From: Utricularia gibba
Lineage: Eukaryota; Plantae; Magnoliophyta
Length of the DNA stretch: 64,000 nt
Assembly: GCA_002189035.1 (NCBI GenBank)
Contig: NEEC01000008.1
Coordinates: 1,860,001-1,924,000 of the forward strand
Direction of reading: 5' to 3'
This document shows, piece after piece, positions 26,311 to 39,600 of this stretch; within the stretch, counting starts at the first letter, position 1, and each line of letters begins with the position of its first letter. The notes under the pieces were generated by a model. It made no database searches. It was given only the letters and a program-made list of their open reading frames with translations, and was not told the origin of the DNA. The position numbers and the translations under genes were made by a program.

Positions 26311-27503
26311 GAGTAAAACACCCTGATGTCACAGATCAGCAACCTAAATACACAAGAAATGGTCTTAGAATAAGAAAATCAGGTGATGGGGCAGTCAAGC
26401 ATAAATACACCGAGTAAAGTAAGTTCCATAATGCAGGAACAAATTATCAAAACCCAAAACAGAAACAAAGGCGATCTAGATCTAACTACACACCAGTTTC
26501 CAGAACGGAGAACATGACCCACACACTAATCCTACTAGAAGAAGTATAGCTCAAAGCACAATGTGTATACAAAAGAATCAAATTTCTTCACATCAATTTC
26601 CTTCAAAGATCAAGCAAACTGAAAAAAATTTCAAAAACGGCACAATTTTCTCCGTCATCAAATCCAGAAAGCATCCAACAAGAATGTAAAACGCAACTCA
26701 GTAGCTTCCTCATCCCCAACATAATCGGACCCAAATAAACCTACACCTACCATACCTCCAGTTAAAACATCACAAAAAAACACAAACAAAAGAAGCTGAT
26801 GATCAGCATCCAAACCACAACCACAACAAAAGCATCGAAAACGAATGAAGTTCACCCGGCCACCCGTAAGTCCTTATAACAGAAGAAAAAACCAAACGCG
26901 ACACAGAAGCAATAATATAAAGAGCGCGCCGGCGGGGGACACTACCGGAGATCGACGAAGAAAAATGTGAAGGAGAATGAATGAATATGACAGGGAGCCA
27001 AAAGAGGAGGAGTGGGCTGTGCTTAATATGTGCTTTTTCCCTGCAACTGATCCATGAGCTTTTTTCATATAGGGTTGCTTTCTCGCTTCTCAATTCTCAG
27101 TTCCCCTTTTTTTTTCCCTTTAATATTTATAAATACCTAAATTCGTTGATTGGTCGAAGTACTTTGACCATGATAGTAGTCAAGTCATTTTCTTGTTATG
27201 TGTTCCTCTCTTCCTTTCCAATTTCTTCATTCCATTTTCCAGACCACCGGGTCGGTCCTCCCAGGGGTAGAAGAGTCATTTCCCTAAGCGCTGAATGCTG
27301 GTCCACTGCGCATGGATTAGCTAAGTTATCTTCTGCATCCTATAACAACTAGGCTGTGTACCATAATAGTGTATCAAAAAATAATAAGACAGTGGTGGTC
27401 TTGTCCAATTAGCACAAGGAAATGGACTGTAGAGGTTACAGACAAGGAAGTTGCCATGCAAGAAAGAGTACTGAATGTAGTTGGATGGTTGGATCTTTCA
27501 GTC

Positions 27504-29476
27504 TCAGGCCTTGTACACGCCTGATGGGTCAGCGTTTTGCACCACCCATGGGTGCTCAAGCAGCTTGTGTAGAGGCAGCCGTTTCGAGGAATCCTTGACG
27601 AGCATCTGGGTAGCCGTTTTTACACGGTTCTGATGTTAGAAAACGGGTGGTGCAGTGTGAAGTAGGGTTCGGGAGAAGGTGACCATGACCAACCTGAGTG
27701 ATGAGGTCCTTGGCTTGTGAAGACACTACTGGCCTTGGAGGGAACTTGAGGTCCACTTGCAGGATCCTGGCGTAAGGAGAATAGGTTAATAAGTGGCGCT
27801 CATTTTGTAGCGTCGGAATGTTCTGAATGAAGGAAACTGATACCTTCTGTATGTGTCGGAATGCTCTTTGGCTTCAAAAGGAGGTGTCCCGTATAGAAAT
27901 TCATAGCACAGGACACCGAGCCCCCAGATATCTACATTTGCATCATGCTCTGTACTTTCCACTGCAGTAAACAGACCAACACACGGACATGCCGCAGATG
28001 AAATGGAAGGTTCAGTTTTTGGAAGGATTGGATGCTGTGAAGCGTACCCATCTCAGGCGGGAGGTAATCTAGGGTGCCACACATGGTGCGCCTGCGGTTG
28101 AATGTGTGGACGGACCAACCAAAATCGGCTATTTTAAGTTCACCCTGACACAAAAAATATGCTGTGAGTAAAGGCCGTGACATTCAGCTGATTTTTGAGA
28201 ACCTAGGATTACTAACCTGCGCTCCGAGGAGGAGATTTTCTGGCTTTATGTCTCGATGTATCACATGCTTCCCGTGGCAGTATATCAAAGCTCGGGCCAA
28301 AGATGCAACATACTGTTCCATTTTCCATTGTCAACCAGAGAAACCATAAGCCTGTTGATAGATCGATATAGTATTGAAGAATGGAAAATGGCAGTGTGGA
28401 TACTCACTGTGGCAGCCCTTCTTTCACTGAAATATTTGCATTTCTGCAGCTCCTTGTAAAGTTCTCCCTTGGTAGCATATTCCAAAACTAAATAAACTCG
28501 TTTCTGCAAATCCAGTAGTAACATTGAGTCAAGTAATATACCCCTGACTAACGCACACACTGAAAATGAAAAGGTCTTTTACCTGATCATAGAAGTAACC
28601 ATAAAGCCGTAGTATGTTAGGATGTCGAAGATGGCTCTGTATTTCAACTTCTCGACGAAGCTGATGTTCAACTTGAGATTGCTTCAGCTGGCTCTTGAAC
28701 AAAACCTTCATGGCTACAATATGATTGCTCTGCTTGAAATAAAAAAACAAACAAGCTGGTATCAGTGGATGCATCCAATAACCTCTACGTAAAAACTTTT
28801 TCCTGCGTAGGTATACCCATAGCACAGCATAATCGTACACATATATGTCAGGAATTAAAAACCATACTGGAGGCGCAAACTCGATAAATAATCACATAAC
28901 TAGATAACATGCAGACATGGAAACGCAGAAAAGTGGTTGAGTTTTACTGACCCTCTTTTCTCTAGCAAGATAAACATGCCCAAACTTCCCTCTACCCAGT
29001 GGCTTCCCTATGTCAAAGTCGGAAAGTGTCCACCGCTGTTTCTCTGCTGCAGCAGCATTCTGTTGATCATGCAAAAATTACGATTACAGTAAAATTTTTC
29101 ATAGCAAGAATGAAATTGAAGAAATAAATTCAATAACTACGAACACAGGATTTGAATTTTGAATCAGTTAAAGTCGCCCCTCGAGGAATTGAGATCTACA
29201 TAACTTGGGATAAAAACTACTAATCGCAGAAGAATTAAGAACATTTATCAATTTGACATAACGATTGAAATGAGAAATCGTAGTTGCAAATCCACGGCGA
29301 GAGGAAATTCTCATGAAATCTAAACAAGAGACTCCTTCCATAAAGAACTCGAAGGAACGCGAAAAAAATCTACAAAATGACGCCTTCTAAGATGTTCAAC
29401 CAATAGAATCATCCAAACAAAGATTCAATATACAATTTCTCGTTGCCCTAACCTGAAGAGGCTCATGCTCGGCCAT
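27504..29476 (-). CDS. AUR1: Alpha-group Aurora kinase (AUR1/AUR2-like)
   Basis: MAEHEPLQ / ...[30 protein letters not shown]; [35 protein letters not shown]; [10 protein letters not shown]; [26 protein letters not shown]; ends [16 protein letters not shown]. Confidence 0.98.
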
Positions 29477-29541
29477 CTTTCTCAAGGATCTCTCGCACTA
29501 GCACGCTGAGAACGTGAGAAGGGTCGGAGCGGGAGGTGAGG

Positions 29542-29620
29542 CCGTTGATCTTTGTTTGAAATTTGTAGAGAGCCGCTAGGGATATTTTCGTCTTTAAAGC
29601 ACGATCTGCACCAACGGTCA
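29542..29620 (-). promoter_or_regulatory. Two MSA (mitosis-specific activator) elements and a CHR-like motif in the Aurora proximal promoter
   Basis: CCGTTGATC at 29542 (reverse complement GATCAACGG) and CCAACGGTCA at 29611-29620, with TTTGAA at 29555-29560. All lie within about 145 bp of the ATG. Confidence 0.7.
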
Positions 29621-29677
29621 TATTTAACCAGAAACCACTGGTACACGATGCTCCATCAATAAGTTACATTTACGTCC

Positions 29678-29733
29678 AAACCCTAAAACCCGGACTTTCT
29701 TAGTGGGCCATAGTGCAAAAACGGGTCGGGCCC
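29678..29733. promoter_or_regulatory. Telo-box and site II motifs upstream of Aurora
   Basis: AAACCCTAA at 29678-29686; TGGGCC at 29704; GGGCCC at 29728. Confidence 0.45.
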
Positions 29734-30153
29734 CAGGCTCACGAGAAAAGGGTTGAATAGAAAAAAAAATTGGGAACAGCAAAAGGTGAGAGGTAAAAGT
29801 ATATGACTTTTGCTTTTAAAAAAGAGTTTAAAAAACAACGAAAAAAATATAAATTAAAAAACTCTGGTTGTATTTAAGAAGCTATACAATTTCAAAAACA
29901 AAGCTATTTTAATAAATACAGATTTTGTTCCTATAAATTACAAGCAATGTCAATTAGAGGATTTACTCAATCAAGTCAAATGGTAATACTATCCCACATT
30001 ACGAACGGCTCTCTTCCAATGACTACCAATCACATCGGCTTCAGTTTTAGTAAGAGAACACATTCAAAAAGGAACTGTTTCAGCCCAACAAAAGGAAGCA
30101 CACAAGGGATCCACCAGGAAGGCATGGATTTCAACAAATGCAACTCAAGTTCT

Positions 30154-33100
30154 TCAACTTGGCGGCGAAGATTTGGCACTGGTGGATGGGGAAGGGGGCC
30201 CCGAGGCCTGGGGAGGCAGAGTTGCAGTAGAACCGCCATGCTCATTACCACCAGATGGAACATCAGGGGATAGGCCGGAGTCTGAGAATAACCACCACCA
30301 TAATAACTATACTGGGGAGGGGGAGGAGGAGGTGGAAGGGGAACAGTATAACCTTGTTGGGATGATTGATAACCGGGAGAGGGAGGAGCCCGTTGTGCAT
30401 TTGGATCAGTATGGGCATGTGTAGGCTGCTGCTGCTGCTGCTGCTGTGCTTGGGGATAGTTTCCTTGAGAGTAACCACTAAGAGCAGTAGGAGGCTGCTG
30501 TGGCTGGCTATATTGAGGCTGAGTGCCTGGAGATTTCTGAGCTTGAGGTTCCCCGTAATATCCATAACCACTAGGAGGTTGTGTTCCATAGCCACCCCCT
30601 GTGAAGATGGGGGTGGCATGCCAAACCCAGGCTGACCGGAAGTTTGAGCTGGATAATCAGTATTGGTGATAGGCGGTTGTGCTCCAGCATTATAAGTCTG
30701 TCCAGGAGCAGCTGCTTGACTGGTTTCACCCGGAGCTCCATAAGAAGTATTTCCATCAGACGGGTGATTGGAAGGGCCACCATATGTAGAGTACTGATGC
30801 TCGTATCCAGATCCAGAGTTCCGTGGACCATAACCTAGTTGAGCATTAGCACCACCATAGCCTTCTTGACCGTGTCCTTGTCCTTGACCATATGCAGGTA
30901 TCTGACCATAACTATATCCAGAGCCATCAGTGGGACCCGTGGGGGCTCCAACAGCCGGAGGTGGAGGAGGCTGCTGATTGTAATAATCATACCCACCAAC
31001 GGCAGACTGTTGATTGTGAGTAGTTGACTGATCCCAGCCAGTGGAATATCCACCGGTGTTGGGGGGAGGCGCATAGCCGGAGTATGGGGTCTGGTTGACA
31101 TTGTATTGGGGAGGTGGCCCAGAGTACTGTCCAGGCTGCACATACCCGTAGCCATGTTGAGGCATGGGTGGGCCATGATTCCCCCAGTGTGGTGGAGGAC
31201 GAGCTTGATAGCCATGCTGAGAATAGCCTCCAGGCATTGAAGAATTTCTACCACGGTTCTGCACAATAACCTTGTAAAAAATCAAGCATGGGTGATAAAA
31301 ATAAAACAACTAGGCAACAATACATGGAACCAAATTTCTTGAGACATCAGTAAAAGAAGTCGCAGACAATTAACATCTAAAGAGAGGTACAATATAAGCG
31401 TGTAAGAGTATCCTGGAGAGAGTTACGTATCAGTAAGACATCAACACAAAGGTTAAATGCCCACATACCGTTTAGATTTCTGCTGACGTCCCATCGTCTC
31501 CTATTCGAAGTGGGCACAAAAGAAATGGCAAAGGCAGAATACTACGAGAATAAATATCTAAAGGTTCATCAACAGATAAAAAGGCCCAACTTCAGCGGCA
31601 TTATTCTCATTGCACTCGTGTGACATCGAGTTGAGTCTTAGAAAATTGTATACATGACCCCATTTAGTGCATTTAAGTTAGTTCTCCAAAAAACACCCAA
31701 ATAATTAAAACAGTAACTGATATAAGAATGATGTATTGAAAAAATGAAGAAAATATAATTCATAAGTGTGTAGTTTTTTTCAACAAGTACTTAGAGAGTT
31801 GCATATCAACAAGATGAGCACCATGACCAAGATTTCTCCATCCAGAGAGCTGTTTTTTATTGTGTTTCAACAAGCTCTGCAAACTTTTATATTGACAATG
31901 GGAAGACAGGGAGACAATGGCGGAGTTCTTTAAGTTCTAGGCATTAATGATAAATGCAGCTAAACAATATCCTTCTATGAAGATCATCCGAGAAGAATAA
32001 TGAGATCAACAGATGCATGCAGAGAATGCGAATACGAAACAATTAATATATACATAGCGGCAGACAAATTTAGACATACAAAAATAGAGATTATTGACAC
32101 TCATTACATAAAAATTAAACAAGAAAATTAGAGCTAATAAAAAGCATCCGCTAAGAAGTGTTTGGCAAACCTCACTAATTACTTCCTCAACCAACTGTTT
32201 GGCAGCTTCAATTTGTTCGGGGGTCCCATCAATCTGAACAGTCCTTTCCGTTGACATGTCACCGGGAGGCAAATGCAGGGGTATCACCTGTATCAGGATA
32301 CATATCGCCATGAGGCATGAAATCGAGAAAAAGATTGTTCTATTAATATATGAATAGTATTGGTATTGGAAAAAAATCAACTATTCACGTGGAAGTGCAC
32401 AGATTATGAGAATAAGTAAAATGCAGGAAACGCATCTGTTTTTATATTCCAGTATGAACAAATCAAAAGGAAAAAAAAGTCCTCTTAATTCAGAAACAAG
32501 CAGCGAGACAGGCAGAAGATTAACCTGAATGCGAGCCCCTGTGGATGCTTGCATATTTTTAATGGTTTCACCACCTTTACCAATAACACGGCCAACCTGA
32601 AAAATAAAGAGCTTGTTTAAAGTACAGGCAAATGGATCTGAAAAGCATTTTACCTAGAAAAACACAAATATTGCCTTATTATTGGGAATCTTCATCACAA
32701 AATGGTCGGTTCCAGAAGGTGGGCCAGCTGTTCGCCGAGAACCTGGCATAGGTGCATCCGCTTCAGCCTGTGGGCGATGAAGAATAATCAGTACAGTAGA
32801 AAAGGAGCATTGCATTCCACAACAATCAGAAAACCGAAAAGTGTTGGCACTCATAACACATGGGACTTTAACCGGGAATACCATGAAATATGCAACATCA
32901 TTAATTCATACACCAATTTAACCAATACTCCCACCCCTCCAACCCAAAAAAAAAAGGAAAAGGATCATTGCGTTACTGAAAAAAATATATGTACCTCAGA
33001 TAGGACATCATTGATTAGCTGCTCGGCCTTGGCCATTTGATCTGCTGTGCCCATGAGCTCAACATCTCTGGTAACAGAATTAGGGTCTGCATCCATGTCT

Positions 33101-33904
33101 CGAGTCACCTGAATCTTGGCTCCTGATTGAAGCTGGAGATATTTAATGGTCTCCCCGCCTCTTCCTATGATCACTCCCACCTTGCCATTCGGTATCTCAA
33201 TAATCTTGCTTGATGCCGAGAAACTAGTGAATGCATGTTGTGGGGGGCACTACTGCTAAATCCTGATGATCGATGGCTTCCTGGAACAATTCAGTGTCGG
33301 AACCAGAAAAATTCAAGAAAAGCAATATACTAAACACCAAAAGATTTTGCACAAGATTGAGATAAATATCCTGATAATGTACCGAAAACAGAAAAGAGGG
33401 TGGAATTACAACTAGCACACCAATCTTATCTCCGGCAAACCAAAATATTTCCAAAGAAGGAGAAAGCCTTCATAAACACAATACATAATTCGTCTAGTCC
33501 TGTACAACCAGCCATCAACCAGTAAACACAGAACCGAGCACCATGGTACAAGACCGCATAAATAACCAGTGAGTACATGAATAAACGTGTGAAGATATTT
33601 TGCTTTTTGATGAAAACCCAAAACTAGATCCCTTACCGCGGTCATTTGAATCGAATCCTCCATCGGTACTTCCATTTTCGACCCGCGGTCGTTTCAATGG
33701 ATCCGCGCTATTTAGAAGCCTTGCAGCGATTTCCTGCGCTTTTCGCTTCGCCAACTCGATCTCGTTCAGCGGTGAAGGAACATTGGTATACGAAGGCGGA
33801 GAAGAGAACGCCTTAGGCAAACCAGCTGCCCGAGACGGGGAACCATCCGCCTTCCGTTTATTGGATTCGCCTCCGGCGTATGAGTATGCCCCTTGTTCCG
33901 CCAT
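30154..33904 (-). CDS. KH-domain RNA-binding protein (FUBP/KHSRP-like) with a Gly/Tyr/Pro/Gln-rich tail; two apparent 1-nt deletions in the last exon
   Basis: KH1: SKIIEIPNGKVGVIIGRGGETIKYLQLQSGAKIQV. KH2: VGRVIGKGGETIKNMQASTGARIQ / VIPLHLPPGD. The low-complexity tail ends ...SAKSSPPS* once one base is restored at 30595-30599 and one at 30266-30269. Confidence 0.92.
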
Positions 33905-34429
33905 GCTTTGTTGATTGTTCGATAGGAATTACGAATGAGATTTTCAGAAACCCTAGAATGGAAATGCTAAAGCCGTACGAGGTTTTAGTTTTTATAAAGT
34001 ATTTATTTACTGTAAAATTGTATGTAATAATATTTTGGATAATTAATCAATATTTTTATGTATAATTTAGGTAAAACTAAATTTTAATATTTTATATATT
34101 TATTTGTTTTTTTAGTAACATGCATCTATTGCTTCTAAATTCATAAAATATTATAATATTCCAAATAAATTCTAATTTATTCCAGAATAATATGGATGGA
34201 TAGGAATGGAATATCTGGCGGTTTGCCACGTGTGCTGCCAACAAATGATTGCTGTAAGTATACATCTGGAATCGTGAAGCTTACGTCAAGTGGAGCCTAC
34301 GTTCTGCCGTGCTCATCGGCCGTCGTTTGCCTGCTTTGTGATGGCGTGATGGGGAACGATGAATGATGCGTATACCTAACCTGGGGTTCCGATTTTGGTG
34401 ATTCTTGTGGCATCTATCTGTTTCTTGCT

Positions 34430-36273
34430 ATGGATTCAACTTGGGGTTCGCTGGTACGTGCCTATTCTGGATTATTCATGGAGTATGTGTTCATTTTGGG
34501 CGATATTGATGAGATTTTCTGTGTGTTTGTAAGCCGAGCTCTAATTCCATGAAAATGGAAGAGAAGCTGTGCGCCGCGTTGCTACCTATTGTGCTCATCG
34601 TTGACGCTTTGATTCACGTCTGCGCACGCTGCTTCGATTGCCATGAATCAACCGGCCGCCGGGAACCCAGATATGGGTTCAAGGATTTCGTGCGTCTCTC
34701 GCAAGAAACTCAATGTATTGTGAATGTTACTTGTTAGTGTGATCTTCTGAGTTTTTTCGTGGTTCTTAAGTGCTTACGTTGCTCCAGTTACAGTTAACGA
34801 ACTGGAGGCATTAAATGTGTTGTTCAAAAAGCTAAGCCGTTCGATTATCGATGATGATTTGATCCATAAGGTACATGACTACAGGTCCTAAGAAGTATAT
34901 GGATTCAGTTGTTCTTTCCGTTTTATAGTGTGACACTTTTTTGAGGGTAAGGTTTCTAAAGCACTAATCCACAAATTCTCATCCTTTTTGCTATCCAGGA
35001 AGAGCTTCAGTTGGCATTATTCAAGTCAAATTTCGGGGAGAACCTTTTTTTGGATCGAGTAAACTGCACTTTTCGCTATTGTACTTGAATATAATTGCCC
35101 TTCCTTTATATCCTGTTGACTATGGTCTATGAAATTTTAGCTTGTGGAGCACATGGAAAATTATTAAAAAATAAAAGTTCAATCCGGATTGGCTGACTTT
35201 TGCTTTCATACATGTAATAAAAAATGTATCTTTTTATGTGGCCTATGTGGCTGCTATTCAATCCTTTTCTCATTTTTTTGTAGGTATTTGATCTTTTTGA
35301 TCAAAAAAGAAATGGGGTCATAGACTTTGAAGAATTTGTTCGTTCCCTCAATGTATTTCACCCCCTGACACCTCTGGATGTCAAACTGGAGTGTAAGAAA
35401 TGGAGCCCTACGCGTTCTTCAAACATTTATGCTGGTTCCATTTTTTACTTTTGTGCTTTTTTTGCAGTTTCTTTTAGACTTTATGATCTGAGACAGACAG
35501 GGTTTATAGAACGGGAAGAGGTAAGTGGCTTTACACTCTGATCATCTGATGTTGAATGAAGGGTGCAAGTTGAACATTTTTTTCTGCTCCAGGTTAAGCA
35601 GATGGTGGCAGCTATTCTGAAGGAGTCGAATTTGGATGTATCTGATGAAATGCTTCAGAATATAACTGACAGGGCAGATAATCAATCCACCATATTTTAA
35701 ATTATCAACATGTCTGTCATTAGCCGCTCAAAGCATCTGCTCTGTTAGGCAGGCATTTCTGGATGTGGATTCTGATGGTGATGGAAAAATTAACAGAAAG
35801 GACTGGAAGGATTTTGTCACACTTCATCCCTCGCTTCTAGATCACATGACTCTACCTTATTTGAGGCAAGCACACTTCCTTCTTTATTTCATGCGCCTTT
35901 TAGCCACTAGAAGAGCCCTATTTTCATCACCTTCAAGAATGCTCATGCTTCACATGGATTTTTGTACTCATTGATTTGAGCACCGTGATTGAGTTAAACT
36001 TGATAACCATTTCTAAAGCACAATTCTACTCAATGATATTAAGGGTGTTTGATGTTTGGGGCCGCTTCACTTATTGACTATTATGTGAAGTCTAGCTGCC
36101 ATTTTACTACTATAAGACTAGCTGGAACATTTGAGTGATATGATGCATGGTTCATTTTCATTCCCATCAGACATTCTTCTCACTGTTTTTGTGTTTGCGT
36201 ACGTTTTAGGAATGTCACGGCTGCTTTTCCAAGCTTTGTTTTCAACACCGAAGTTGAAGACACAGAACCCTGA
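34430..36273 (+). CDS. CBL10: Calcineurin B-like protein 10 (N-terminal membrane anchor, EF-hands)
   Basis: MDSTWGSL / ...[28 protein letters not shown]; [26 protein letters not shown] / EELQLALF; [17 protein letters not shown]; [13 protein letters not shown]; [13 protein letters not shown]; FPSF motif in [21 protein letters not shown]. Confidence 0.95.
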
Positions 36274-36689
36274 AACAAGCTTTGTTTGTAGTCTCCATTT
36301 TGATTGTCATGCTCTCTCCGGTACTTCCGAGAGATTTCTGGACCGTGAAATTGATTCATCAATGAGCCTCTTGAATTCAAGTCAAATGTTTTTAGATGTA
36401 ATTATTGAGTAAAAAACTTGTATCTTTTTCAACATTTTGCATGTACGGAGACCAACAAATAAAGAATCGAAGTTGCGCAGTGAACACAGGTGGTTTGATT
36501 CACTGAATGCTAACTTTATTAATTCAATACACCATGTAATTTGCTTCATGCACATACAGTGACTGAAGTGATCCCCTGCTTCAGTCAGTGAGGTGAAAAT
36601 AAGAATACAGCAGGCCAATAAATACATTTGGTCATGCAAAGGCATGTTGGCTTCCGTGCAACAGCAGTGGCTGAGAAGCCAGGCAAGGC

Positions 36690-39600
36690 TCATGCAGTGG
36701 CTGCAGCGGCGGTGGCATCCTCGGCCATCTGAGACGGGGAAAGGAGAGTGCAGATGAGGTTCCGATCACCATATACATTGTCCACGCGTCCTGCAATAAC
36801 AAAGGATATGAATGAAAACCAAGACAACTACATCCAAGGAACTGTTAGAAAGATATTCAACTCTGATTCTTTTTTTTGTGTGATTTTGGTTTGGCAGAGG
36901 GCACCTGTGGAAGGCCAGAACTTTGCAGTTTTGAGCCAAGGTGCAGGATAAGCAGCATATTCTCGTGAGTAAGGCTTTTTCCAAGCATCCGCCATAAGGA
37001 GCGAAGGAGGATGAGGAGCACCCTGAAAATGTATGTGCAAGTAAGAGGAAGAGCTTGAAACGCTTGCTTTTTCCACACAAGTTGCAAGCGATTTGGTACC
37101 TTGAGAACATTGTCATGAATGTCAGCCTTTCCTTTTTCTATCTGTGAAATTTCTTCTCTGATGGCTATGAGTGCATCACAGAATCTATCTAGCTCAGCCT
37201 GCGGATAAAAAATGACATGCTACATAGTCTAGAGGATGATTTCATGGGGTTTGTTTCACTTGTTGTTGTTTTGTTCCTTACCTTGCTTTCGCTCTCAGTT
37301 GGTTCAATCATGAGAGTTCCAGGTACTGGCCAGGACATTGTTGGTGCATGGAATCCATAGTCCATGAGACGCTTGGCAACATCCTCAGGCTCAATACCAG
37401 CAGTGTTCTGAGAAGATAGATGCAGATGTTGTGCTCAACAATGTGCCAAAATGAAAAACCAATTGCACATTGATTCACGTGCGGACTCACTTTGAAACCT
37501 CTCAAATCAAGAATGAACTCATGGGCAACTGTTCCGTTGACACCTCGGAAAAGAACGGGGAAATAACTCTGTTGGTCAGAAGCATATCATGAAAAGTTAT
37601 CAGATGGCAGCAGAGGTTCAATATGAAAAATCAACGACTGAAGATGAAACAGAGACCTCCAAGCGCTTTGCCATGTAGTTTGCATTCAAGATCGCCATCT
37701 TGGATGCCTCGGTTAATCCCTCTGATCCCATCATGGCAATGTATGTGTATGATATAGGCAAAATCAGGGCTGATCCCCAAGGAGCAGCTGAAATAGTGCC
37801 AAGCGACTGAGACTGCTCTGGTGCTGGTATGCCTCCAGTTGGTACCTGAAACCCATTACAGAAACAAAAATGACTACTTTTATGCTTGTAGCAATTCTTC
37901 GCAGATGCATGCTGATACTGCGATTCAACAAAGGGATACGATAAAAATCTGAGAGTATAGAACTGCCCATTCTATAGTCTAAATAGCTCACTTACCACAG
38001 GGTGTGAGGGTAGAAATGGTGCAAGGTGTTTCTTGACTCCAATAGGCCCCATGCCAGGACCACCTCCACCATGAGGGATGCAGAAAGTTTTGTGGAGATT
38101 AAGATGGCAAACATCAGCTCCGATAAAGCCCGGGCTCGTTAAGCCAACCTGACCGGTGCAAAGTTTAGTTAGCTGTGTGACTGGACCGAAAAAAGAAGCC
38201 TATGGTAAATGAGACAACCTGAGCGTTCATATTAGCTCCATCCATGTAAACTTGTCCGCCATTGTCATGAATTATTTTACAGATCTCATCAATGCCTTCC
38301 TCATAGACTCCATGTGTTGAAGGATATGTCACCTGCAAATTGGAAATCAAAAGTCAGATGCCAGATTTTTTTTGTGGACGAAATGGCAGTTCTGATACCA
38401 TGAGTGCAGACAGTGTGTCCTTGTTTGCTTCCGCGGCTTTCTTTAACTCTTCAATGTTGATGTTTCCCTTAGAATCAGTCCCAACTGTCACAATTTTCAT
38501 TCCGCACATTGCTGCACTAGCAGGGTTTGTTCCATGTGCTGAGACAGGTATGATGCAGACATTACGGTGGTGGTCTCCCCTTGCCTGTATACAAGATCAT
38601 CAGAAACTAATGCCTTTCAAGTTCATTCTCGCCATTATCTATATACTGTTCAGTTACCAAGTGATAAGCACGAATGACCATCAACCCAGCATACTCTCCA
38701 GCAGCACCAGCATTCGGTTGAAGAGAGAAGGAATCAAAGCCTGTGATTGTACATAAGATTTCACCCAAGTTCTTGAACATTTCCTGCATGGCGTTGACCC
38801 AATGATGCACACTTCTTCATAACCTGCCTGGACGTTTTACAGTCTTTTAGTGAGAGTCTGGTTACCTGGTAGCCAGCAGCCTGTTCGACGGGTGCAAAAG
38901 GATGGAGATCCGAAAACGCAGGCCATGTAACGGGCATCATTTCTGTGGTTGCATTCAGTTTCATGGTGCAGGATCCTAAGGGAATCATGCTGTGGCACAG
39001 TGAGAGATCCTTTGACTGAAGTCTATGAATGTACCTCAGAAGCTCATGCTCCGTATGGAACCTATAAGGCATGAAGCATAGTGAAACCTTTTTTTCTGAA
39101 AGCATGAAATCATATACATATCAAACAAAACCCATACGAGTTGAATATTTGTTGAGTAAGATATGGGCTCCTCCTGACGAGTTGAGATGGAGTAGAACTT
39201 TCGACCTCCGGTGCAAGAGATGCGGCACTGAAAGGTACCTGATTTACACAGTGCCACATCTATAAGATGCATTAAGATAATGGATCAGGAAGCTCTAATT
39301 TTCTACACTCACTGGCTTGCCCAATGCGAAGACTTCAAAGAGCTTGTCCACATCCTCCAGTGTGGTCGTTTCATCAAAAGAAACCGTTATCTGGTGGAAA
39401 ATAGAGATTTCTATCCCAAATCAACAAGGAGTTGATCATGAAACCATCAAGGGTTGGTTGGCACATACTGTGTTCTTATCAACAATACGTAAGTTGATAT
39501 GCTTCTTGTAAGCAGCATCAGCAATGGCCTGCGCATCTCCAGATTTGATTTTCACAGTGTCGAAGAAAGGAAGCTCCTGGACTTCAAGGCCGCCAAGTTT

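Noticed and set aside
29947-31027. Several plus-strand ORFs over the KH last exon
   Set aside because: Shadow ORFs from low-complexity antisense coding sequence.
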